Of a stretch of 52,163 nucleotides of DNA, positions 9,237 to 16,512 are shown piece after piece; within the stretch, counting starts at the first letter, position 1; each line of letters starts with the position of its first letter. Position numbers and translations under genes: made by a program. The notes under the pieces are model-generated. The model did no database searches. It saw nothing but the letters and a program-made list of their open reading frames with translations, and was not told the DNA's origin. Origin of the DNA: a virus. The stretch lies in the IMG/VR virus record IMGVR_UViG_3300025888_000001. The stretch is one strand, 5' to 3'.

Positions 9237-9880
9237 ATAAAATTTATTGTTTCTGGACCGGTACAAATGAAATTACTCCAGCAAGGGTAAACGGGTTAAA
9301 TGAACTTCAGTTAAAGTCTGGTTGTGATGTGGTTCTTATCACTCCTGAAAATTTACCTGAATACATTACAGAACCCTTGCATCCTGCTTATGAATATCTG
9401 TCATTGGTTCACCGCTCAGACTATCTAAGGGCTTATTTCATGCACTATCATGGAGGTGGCTATTCAGATATTAAACCCGGGGTTCATTCGTGGTTGTCCG
9501 CTTTTAATAAACTTGGTAATTCATGGGTATTAGGTTATAAAGAACTTGGTCCGGGAGTTGTTGCGATCTGTACTCATAAACCAATGATGCAAAGAACACT
9601 ACAGTCTAATTGGCATCAATTAATTGGATGCGGGGCTTTTATTTGCAAACCTCATACATTTTTTACATCTGAATGGTTGAGAGAGGCCGATGACTTATTA
9701 ACTTATAAATATGATCTGTTAAAAAAGTATCCCGGTAATACGCTTGGAAACAATGCCGGTTATCCCTTGTTATGGACAGAGTTACTTGGTGATATATTCC
9801 ATCCTTTAGTATTAAAATACAACGACAAAATAGTTCAGGATAATTCAATAAAACCTGATTTTACAAAAAATTATAGATAA
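9233..9880 (+). CDS. Glycosyltransferase, Caps_synth / DXD-sugar-binding-like
   Basis: IYCFWTG...P...RSDYLRAYFMHYHGGGYSDIK resembles the sD.lR..lL..yGG.y.D. motif of capsular polysaccharide synthesis glycosyltransferases. Confidence 0.5.
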   Translation: MNKIYCFWTGTNEITPARVNGLNELQLKSGCDVVLITPENLPEYITEPLHPAYEYLSLVHRSDYLRAYFMHYHGGGYSDIKPGVHSWLSAFNKLGNSWVLGYKELGPGVVAICTHKPMMQRTLQSNWHQLIGCGAFICKPHTFFTSEWLREADDLLTYKYDLLKKYPGNTLGNNAGYPLLWTELLGDIFHPLVLKYNDKIVQDNSIKPDFTKNYR

Positions 9881-10356
9881 TGGATCCATTTGCAACACAT
9901 CAACCAGTATTAGAATATGCAGTAAAAAATTCAATAGGCCCGGTTTTAGAGATAGGCTGTGGATATGGATCAACTGAATTATTACACAATCTTTGTAAAG
10001 ACAGAACACTTGTAACAATTGAGACAAATAAAGAATGGTATGAATTATTCAAACATTTTGCATCATCAAATCATATCATACTTTGTGCTGATAGTTATGA
10101 TGCCTTTGATTCATTAGTAAGATATTCCGACTGGGCAGTTGTATTTGTGGATCATGCACCAGGCGAAAGGCGAAATATTGAAATTGAGAAGGCCGTCAAT
10201 GCTCAGTTTGTAGTTATTCACGACACGCACGACCCGGCTTATGAATATGGGAAAACCTTGCCTTTATATAAATTTCAATACAAGTATGAGAAACTGATTC
10301 CTTATACATCGGTTGTTTCAAATATTAATGATCTGGAAATATTTAAAGAGTTATGA
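9880..10356 (+). CDS. Class I SAM-dependent methyltransferase
   Basis: Motif I VLEIGCGYGST, then VVFVDHAP. TAATG overlap with the upstream gene. Confidence 0.6.
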   Translation: MDPFATHQPVLEYAVKNSIGPVLEIGCGYGSTELLHNLCKDRTLVTIETNKEWYELFKHFASSNHIILCADSYDAFDSLVRYSDWAVVFVDHAPGERRNIEIEKAVNAQFVVIHDTHDPAYEYGKTLPLYKFQYKYEKLIPYTSVVSNINDLEIFKEL

Positions 10357-10440
10357 CAAATAATTATATACTATGATCGGGGTATTGGTTTTAATCATTT
10401 TGATTTTGTTATGTTTTGATATAAAAATTAAGTGGAAAAA

Positions 10441-10620
10441 ATGACATTGAGCGAATTTATTAATATAAGTACGGCAGAATTTAATGGAAAAGAATGGGTA
10501 GTTACTATTCCTTTATTTGATGGTACAACTGGAAAATTATTTGCGAGTAAAGCTGGTAACGAATATGAGGCAAAAGAACAGGCGTTCCTTTATTTAACGA
10601 ATTATTTTGAAAATAAATGA
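10441..10620 (+). CDS. Hypothetical protein
   Basis: Short ORF. The ATG at 10441 is preferred over the GTG at 10432. Confidence 0.4.
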   Translation: MTLSEFINISTAEFNGKEWVVTIPLFDGTTGKLFASKAGNEYEAKEQAFLYLTNYFENK

Positions 10621-11252
10621 CTTATGATCTTATCATAGTATCAAAGAGTTCAGAGTTATCTCTAATAATGATGACACAAAATTGCATTAAGTCAGCCAGA
10701 AAAGATAATGCTGAATTAAATATCATTGTCGTGGAAACAGGAGTTAAACATAATTATGATGCAGAGAATATTGTCATGTATGAAGGAGCATTTAATTATA
10801 ATAGGGCTTTAAATCTTGGTTTGAAATATGCTAAATCAGATATTCAGATCCTTGCTAATAATGATATTATATTTCATAAAGGATGGTCAACGATTGGCGA
10901 GATAATGCAGGTTAATGAATATTTATCGGCATCAGCAATGAGTAATGCAACTCAATACAGAAGATTCAAGAAAGGTATGCTTGCTTACGAGGGCTATGGC
11001 ATTGGTCTTGAAATGGCCGGCTGGTGTATCTTCACTCAGAAAAAACTCTGGAATAAAATTAAGAAGCTGGACGAAAGACATACATTCTGGTTCTCTGATA
11101 ATGCTTATGCCGATCAGTTGAAACAGAAAGGGATTAAGCACGCTCTAATTTGTTCAGTTCAGGTTGATCATTTAGAGTCAAGAACATTTAAAAGAATGGA
11201 TAGGGCAACTCAAAGCAAATTTACACATCCTGAAGGATCGCCATGGGTTTAA
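10617..11252 (+). CDS. Glycosyltransferase family 2-like
   Basis: LIIVSKSS..., IIVVETG, NYNRALNLGLKYAKSDIQILANNDIIFHKGW (GT-A pattern). Confidence 0.55.
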   Translation: MTYDLIIVSKSSELSLIMMTQNCIKSARKDNAELNIIVVETGVKHNYDAENIVMYEGAFNYNRALNLGLKYAKSDIQILANNDIIFHKGWSTIGEIMQVNEYLSASAMSNATQYRRFKKGMLAYEGYGIGLEMAGWCIFTQKKLWNKIKKLDERHTFWFSDNAYADQLKQKGIKHALICSVQVDHLESRTFKRMDRATQSKFTHPEGSPWV

Positions 11253-11262
11253 TAAAAAATAT

Positions 11263-11499
11263 ATGAGCCAGATAAAGACATCGGAGAAACTTATTCATAA
11301 AATCTATCGCAGGAACTTCACTGACTTAGGTATGTTTTTCTACGTCATGGGTCAAAGGGATATTGTACCGGCCATGAGTGTTGAGAAAGCTATGTATAAT
11401 TATTTCAAATCAATTGGGGAAGAAGATTTTAATATCGAAAGTTCAATGACGACATTTTGCAGGTTACAGAAAGAGTTTTATCAAACAAAGAAATCATGA
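11263..11499 (+). CDS. Hypothetical protein
   Basis: 78-aa ORF in the array. Confidence 0.45.
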   Translation: MSQIKTSEKLIHKIYRRNFTDLGMFFYVMGQRDIVPAMSVEKAMYNYFKSIGEEDFNIESSMTTFCRLQKEFYQTKKS

Positions 11500-11553
11500 A
11501 ACTACCTCATAGGATTGATGGCATAAATTTAATTTAATGATTATCTTTATATT

Positions 11554-12333
11554 ATGAAAACATCCGGCATATATAAAATACAATCTTTAATAAAGCCAGA
11601 ACGCTGTTATGTTGGTAGTGCTGTTGATATAAAGAAAAGATGGAATGGTCATTTACATGATTTAAGGAATTATAAACACCACTCGATTAAACTCCAAAAT
11701 CATTACAACAAATATGGAGAAAAGGATTTAATATTTTCTATTTTAGAACTACATGATTCTGTAAATTTATTAATAAGAGAACAGTATTTCATAGACACTT
11801 GTAATCCGTTTTTTAATATACTACCAACAGCGGGCAATCATTTAGGCGCAAAGAGATCTATTGAGTCATGTAAAAAAATAAGTGAAGCAAAAAAAGGTAA
11901 TAAAAATTACATGTTTGGAAGAACACAATCTAAAGAAATGCGTGATAAAGTATCATTATCTTTAAAAGGCAATAAGCACGCTTTAGGTCATAATCATTCA
12001 GAAGAAACAAAAAGAAAAATATCAATTGCCAGCACAGGAAGATCGCATATTGTTATAGAAATCACAAAAAATAAAATATCAACAGCAAATACCGGTAAGC
12101 CATCTTCTATGAAGGGTAAACACCATACTGAAGAGACAAAGAGAAGATTAAGTGAATTAAATATCGGACGTAAGCACACGATAGAAACTAAAATTAAGAT
12201 ATCTCAAGGATTAATCGGGATAAAAAGATCCCCACATTCAGAAATATCTAAACAAAAGCATAGTTTATGTATAAGAGAAGCATGGAAGTCAGGTAAATAC
12301 AGTTTAAGACAGACGGCAAATGAAAATACCTAA
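11554..12333 (+). CDS. GIY-YIG homing endonuclease with NUMOD3-like repeats (I-TevI-like)
   Basis: GIYKIQS...YVGSAVDIKKRW..H, REQYFID, and repeated G.KHS.ETK.KIS units. Confidence 0.8.
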   Translation: MKTSGIYKIQSLIKPERCYVGSAVDIKKRWNGHLHDLRNYKHHSIKLQNHYNKYGEKDLIFSILELHDSVNLLIREQYFIDTCNPFFNILPTAGNHLGAKRSIESCKKISEAKKGNKNYMFGRTQSKEMRDKVSLSLKGNKHALGHNHSEETKRKISIASTGRSHIVIEITKNKISTANTGKPSSMKGKHHTEETKRRLSELNIGRKHTIETKIKISQGLIGIKRSPHSEISKQKHSLCIREAWKSGKYSLRQTANENT

Positions 12334-13306
12334 AAGGATATCAGAACTCCTCTTAAAGAAACAGGCATTCATTGATTTTCATAGAGGAAGATTAGAAAAA
12401 ACTGTTCTGAAATTACAAACTGATTTGACGGATAAAATTATTCTTGAAATAATACCTTTATTAGAAATAACAAAAGAGGGAAGAATAGCAGATACGGTAA
12501 GTAACTATCAGTTATTAGGTCAGATGGATAAGGTCTATAAAGGCCTTACGAATATGTCATCTTCATTGATCTCCAATCAGATGTCAGGAGTAATAACCGG
12601 AATAATAAACTTAGGAAAGAGTTATTTTACTATTGCAATGGCTGATAATTTGGCCTTTAGGTTTGATAAGGTAGTCGATGCGACTGCAAAGAAAATGAAT
12701 ATCCGTATCGGTTTGGACGGTGGTCAGATGGTACATGGTGGTTATCTTGAATCGTTTCTTAAAGATCAGACATTAGGCACTCAGATTAAAAACTACATTG
12801 CTAAGTCTGTCACAGGTCAGATTGATACAAAGGATTTTATTAGTGGATTAACTGATCTTGTTAAAGGTGTTCCGCACATTGATAAAAACGGTTTCACAAT
12901 TCAAACAGGCGCACTTGAGAAACAGTTCGAGAGATATGGTTATGATTTGTACCAGCAATTTGATGCCGCTTATAATTCCACTTTAGCTCAGGAGTTTGAA
13001 ATGAACTATTTCATTTATCAGGGTGGGTTAATAAAGGATTCCAGAGATTTCTGTGCAGCTCATAATAATAAAGTATTTTCAAGAGAAGAAGCTGTTGAAT
13101 GGGTTAATTGGACTCCTTCGATGGGTGATTATCCCGCTGGATATGTGGTTAAGCAAAAAGACATGGGTGATCATCCTTCATATATGAGCTATCCTGGTTA
13201 CACTCCGTTAGTTGATCGCGGGGGTTATAATTGTAGGCATATGTTGGGATGGATTTCAGACGAATTAGCTATATCTTTACGTCCTGACTTAAAACCTACA
13301 ATATGA
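12320..13306 (+). CDS. Head morphogenesis protein, Mu F / SPP1 gp7-like
   Basis: C-terminal RDFCAAHNNKVFSREE...GGYNCRHML resembles the Phage_Mu_F motif. Located in the head module. Confidence 0.55.
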   Translation: MKIPKRISELLLKKQAFIDFHRGRLEKTVLKLQTDLTDKIILEIIPLLEITKEGRIADTVSNYQLLGQMDKVYKGLTNMSSSLISNQMSGVITGIINLGKSYFTIAMADNLAFRFDKVVDATAKKMNIRIGLDGGQMVHGGYLESFLKDQTLGTQIKNYIAKSVTGQIDTKDFISGLTDLVKGVPHIDKNGFTIQTGALEKQFERYGYDLYQQFDAAYNSTLAQEFEMNYFIYQGGLIKDSRDFCAAHNNKVFSREEAVEWVNWTPSMGDYPAGYVVKQKDMGDHPSYMSYPGYTPLVDRGGYNCRHMLGWISDELAISLRPDLKPTI

Positions 13307-13520
13307 AAAAGTTAATTTTTGCATTATTAAAACAATGATATTGTTAATAACTCAGGCACTTACGGTAAAAACTGTCGTACGGAAATCCGTATTAATAGAT
13401 TAAATAAGAATTAATTTGCTGTTGTATTCCGCGAGGTACAAATAAGATATTAGGTTGCGAAACCATAAATCCCTCTCTTGTTTCTCGCGGAACTTGAGGG
13501 GGATTTTAAACTAATACGAT

Positions 13521-13979
13521 ATGGAACGGACTTGCAAGAAATGCGGAGAAACAAAGCCGATTGAGGAGTTTGTAAAAAGGGCAAATAGTAAATATGTTCG
13601 TTATTCATGTAAATTATGTGCGAACAAGAACGGAAAACTCGCAAATAAGAAATTCTATAAAAATCATAAGAATCAGATAAATGAAGGGTGTCGTAATTAT
13701 TATAACGAACATAAAAAAAGGATAAATCAAAGAAGTTTGCAGTATATTAGTAATAAAATGAAAAGTGATCCTATTTTTAGAGCAAAACGCAATGCTCTTC
13801 ATAGAAAAATAGATAATAAATGCACGGCTTTACTTTCTGATAGATATGTGGCAAATAACATTAGGTTACTTACAGGGATCTCTGTAAGAGTAATTCAACA
13901 ACATCCCGAATTAATAGAATGTAAACGATTAATAATTAAAATTAAAAGACTAGCAAATGAAAACAGTAACAGAACTTAG
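13521..13979 (+). CDS. Zinc-ribbon / basic-repeat protein, a paralog of the N-terminal part of 8478..9236 that lacks the HNH domain
   Basis: CKKCGETK...CKLCANK. KSDPIFRAKRN aligns with KSDPLFKLSRN. No H-N-H motif is present. Confidence 0.5.
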   Translation: MERTCKKCGETKPIEEFVKRANSKYVRYSCKLCANKNGKLANKKFYKNHKNQINEGCRNYYNEHKKRINQRSLQYISNKMKSDPIFRAKRNALHRKIDNKCTALLSDRYVANNIRLLTGISVRVIQQHPELIECKRLIIKIKRLANENSNRT

Positions 13980-14211
13980 AGATAAACTTCTCGATAACAT
14001 TAAAAAAATGGAATCAGGTGAACTTGACAAAACACTGGCATCCGAAATAGCGAATCATGCTGGTAAAATTATTAAGACTGCGGCCGTTGAATTACTTTAT
14101 AATATATCAACAGGACAAAAAGAAAAACTCATTGACTTTCTTCAAGGCAAGAAAGTAATTGAGTCAAAATCCCCCTACAAAATTATTGATGAGATTAATG
14201 AGGGAAAATGA
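13957..14211 (+). CDS. Hypothetical protein
   Basis: 84-aa ORF overlapping the upstream stop. Confidence 0.45.
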   Translation: MKTVTELRDKLLDNIKKMESGELDKTLASEIANHAGKIIKTAAVELLYNISTGQKEKLIDFLQGKKVIESKSPYKIIDEINEGK

Positions 14212-14284
14212 ATTATTCCCTATAACTTATCAGGGGCTTTTTATTCAAAATTATTTCTTAACTTTACCAATAAATAATACAACT

Positions 14285-14560
14285 ATGAAAAAACTTCTAT
14301 TTTTACTCGCTATTGTGTTCCTATTGAGTTGTCAAAAGGAATCCTGTTATACCTGTACATTGACTTATCGCACTTCAACATCCGGCGGCGGTTATGCTTC
14401 TAATTCTAATGCAGGAACAACAACTACAACGGTAAATAAATGTAATGTAACAGATAAAGAGATTGCTAGTTTTATCAAAGAGTCCAGCGTATCAGCAACG
14501 GTAAACTCCGGGGGCATATCGGCTACAACAACGTCAACGTGTGGTTGTGTTAAGGAATAA
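14285..14560 (+). CDS. Small Cys-rich lipoprotein (moron copy 1)
   Basis: MKKLLFLLAIVFLLSC lipobox, then CYTC...C...CGCVKE. Start taken at the internal MKK. Confidence 0.65.
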   Translation: MKKLLFLLAIVFLLSCQKESCYTCTLTYRTSTSGGGYASNSNAGTTTTTVNKCNVTDKEIASFIKESSVSATVNSGGISATTTSTCGCVKE

Positions 14561-14589
14561 TTGAGTTGTCCATATTTTGTGTACAACTT

Positions 14590-14620
14590 AGCCCCTGATT
14601 AATTTCAGGGGCTTTTATTC
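14590..14620 (+). terminator. Hairpin terminator between the two lipoprotein genes
   Basis: agcccctga / ttaatt / tcaggggct, a perfect 9-bp stem followed by tttatt. Confidence 0.6.
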
Positions 14621-14656
14621 AAAAACATTTTGTAACTTAGTAGTAAATAATACATC

Positions 14657-14941
14657 ATGAAAAAATTAGCATTTATTTTGTTTATTGTATTAGCATTTTC
14701 CTGTAAAAAGGATGATCCTAATTGTTATGTCTGTAAGATTGACTCTGTCAGTTATGCTGGTTCCGGAACTACTATCATCAGACAGTCGCATATTAACGCG
14801 ACACCTTGCGACTTATCTGCTGCTGATGTTCTGACTTATGAATCATCCAGAACAGGAACAGTGATAACACATGAACAAAATGGGATATTTGGGACATTGA
14901 CAGTAACAACGGTTGGTTCTTGCCGGTGTGTAAAACAATAA
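14657..14941 (+). CDS. Small Cys-rich lipoprotein (moron copy 2)
   Basis: MKKLAFILFIVLAFSC lipobox followed by KKDD, then CYVC...C...CRCVKQ. Same Cys pattern as copy 1. Confidence 0.65.
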   Translation: MKKLAFILFIVLAFSCKKDDPNCYVCKIDSVSYAGSGTTIIRQSHINATPCDLSAADVLTYESSRTGTVITHEQNGIFGTLTVTTVGSCRCVKQ

Positions 14942-14960
14942 TATTCTTGCGATTAAACGT

Positions 14961-15003
14961 GGGGGTCGTTAACTTTAACCAGAAGTTCAACCCCCTTTTT
15001 TTG
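14961..15003 (+). terminator. Terminator after the lipoprotein pair
   Basis: An imperfect gggggt...accccc stem followed by a run of 8 T. Confidence 0.55.
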
Positions 15004-15014
15004 TGTCAAAATAA

Positions 15015-15075
15015 TTTACACTTTTTCACGTACTGTTAAAAACTTTTACACTTATGGTAAAAACTTTTTACACTT
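15015..15075 (+). promoter_or_regulatory. Three direct copies of TTTACACTT upstream of the capsid operon
   Basis: Copies at 15015, 15045 and 15067. The last two lie within the longer repeat taaaaactttt(t)acactt. Confidence 0.45.
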
Positions 15076-15101
15076 TATGATTAGATTATCGTCAGTACCT
15101 G

Positions 15102-15109
15102 TATTTTTG
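15102..15109 (+). promoter_or_regulatory. Bacteroidota-type -7 promoter box TAttTTTG
   Basis: Exact match to TAnnTTTG, 17 nt upstream of the ATG at 15126. No exact TTTG -33 box (TTTA at 15074). Confidence 0.4.
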
Positions 15110-15125
15110 GGTAAAATTTATATTC

Positions 15126-15437
15126 ATGAAAATTGTAAAAGGTAATGAAGTAAAGACAGTTACCGAGAAACTCGGTAAGATTGCCGTTCGTAATATGGGA
15201 TGGGCAGAAGTTACTGAAGCCAAAAGGCCAACAGAGATTGGTACAAGAACTAAAAAGATTGAACCTCCTATAATCACTGATGGAGCGATTATACTCAAAG
15301 ATCCTGAGAAAATAGAATATCCTGGTGATGAAGTAAATAAACCAGCGGACTTAGTACCATCTTTGATGGATTCAGTTAAAAAATTATCTGAAAAGAAAAC
15401 CCGGAAGCCCGCTGTCAGATCAAAATCAAAGAAATGA
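15126..15437 (+). CDS. Hypothetical head-module protein
   Basis: 103-aa ORF after the promoter box. The overlapping minus-strand ORF 15092..15490 is judged spurious. Confidence 0.5.
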   Translation: MKIVKGNEVKTVTEKLGKIAVRNMGWAEVTEAKRPTEIGTRTKKIEPPIITDGAIILKDPEKIEYPGDEVNKPADLVPSLMDSVKKLSEKKTRKPAVRSKSKK

Positions 15438-15619
15438 AAGAGATCATTTCCAAGAAGACAGGACATAGTGAGGTTATCTCTGATGAACAATGGGAGAAGA
15501 TAATCGAACAGGGTTTTGAAAAACGCTTTACAGTCTCAGAAATAAAGGAACTCAAACTTAAAAATATTCCTTTAATACCACCGGAAGTAAAAACAAAAAC
15601 TAAAAAAGTAAATGGATAA
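15434..15619 (+). CDS. Hypothetical protein
   Basis: ATGA overlap with the upstream gene. Confidence 0.45.
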   Translation: MKEIISKKTGHSEVISDEQWEKIIEQGFEKRFTVSEIKELKLKNIPLIPPEVKTKTKKVNG

Positions 15620-16493
15620 AAATATTAATGCGCAAGCATTCGAGGCATTTGTAGCCAAAACCTTTAAAATGACTACTGAGGAGATAGCTGGCCTTTACAA
15701 CGAAGCTGGAGAATTAACCGATTTTTCATTAATTGATCAGAAAGATACCGCAAGGATCTCTAAACTGACAACGGACAAAACCAACCAGTATAATCGAGGA
15801 CTCAAAGAAGGAGCTGAGAAACTGGAAAAAGCAATTAAAGAAAAGTATGAAGTTGAATCTGATTTAATCGGAGTTGAATTGTTTGATCACGTTGTAGAGA
15901 CTAAGATCGCTGATGTAAAAGGAGATGGAACTGAGGATATTTTAAAGAATCCGGAAGTGATAAAGCTCATTAATGCTCATTCAAAGGAGAAGAAGGCGCT
16001 TGCAAAAGAATGGGAAGACAAACTTCATGCAAAAGAGGACGAAATAAATCAGAACAATCTCTTTAAAGAGGTTGAATCTGCTGCACTTGCTGAGTTTGAT
16101 AACCTTAATCCTATTCTCCCTGAAGATGCAAAAAAGGCCAAGGCTTTAAAAGATGTTTTTATTGCAGAAGTTAAAAAACAAAAATATCAAAAAGGAAATG
16201 ACGGTTATTCCGTCCTGAAAGATGACGGTACGTTATCGATGGACGAAAAAGGATATCCGGTTACATTTGCTTCTCACATTAAAAACATTGCCGATACGTA
16301 TTTTGACTTTAAAAAAGCTGAAGATAGAAGTTCCGCCGGTTTAACCGAGGAACAGAAAAAAACTCAGCTTGGACCAAAAGTCAGACAGCCTAAAAGCAAA
16401 GACGATTATATCGCTATGAGTGGAGACCAGACTTTAACTTCAAAAGAAAGAATTGAAATTAAAAATCTGGCTGTTAAAGCGGGTTTTGCTTAA
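15612..16493 (+). CDS. Putative scaffolding protein
   Basis: 293 aa, highly charged and Lys/Glu-rich (helical-looking). Immediately upstream of the putative major capsid gene. Confidence 0.4.
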   Translation: MDKNINAQAFEAFVAKTFKMTTEEIAGLYNEAGELTDFSLIDQKDTARISKLTTDKTNQYNRGLKEGAEKLEKAIKEKYEVESDLIGVELFDHVVETKIADVKGDGTEDILKNPEVIKLINAHSKEKKALAKEWEDKLHAKEDEINQNNLFKEVESAALAEFDNLNPILPEDAKKAKALKDVFIAEVKKQKYQKGNDGYSVLKDDGTLSMDEKGYPVTFASHIKNIADTYFDFKKAEDRSSAGLTEEQKKTQLGPKVRQPKSKDDYIAMSGDQTLTSKERIEIKNLAVKAGFA

Positions 16494-16512
16494 TGGCCGC
16501 AAAACTATTATT

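Noticed and set aside
7898-11252. The glycosyltransferase island as a DNA hypermodification (base glycosylation) system.
   Set aside because: No hydroxymethylase, dNMP kinase, deaminase or other nucleotide-precursor genes accompany it. The glycosyltransferases are of polysaccharide- or protein-type GT-A families. Listed only as a lower-probability alternative.
15092-15490. Minus-strand ORFs throughout the window (for example 15092-15490, 19940-20287, 28232-28564, 32315-32635, 5398-5670, 13450-13644, 46131-46403, 48914-49099 and about 25 others).
   Set aside because: Each lies fully inside, or antisense to, a longer + strand gene or a structured intergenic region. Their products are low-complexity and hydrophobic or Ile/Phe-rich, typical of shadow ORFs in AT-rich DNA. 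None has a recognisable motif, and the whole genome is otherwise strictly co-directional.
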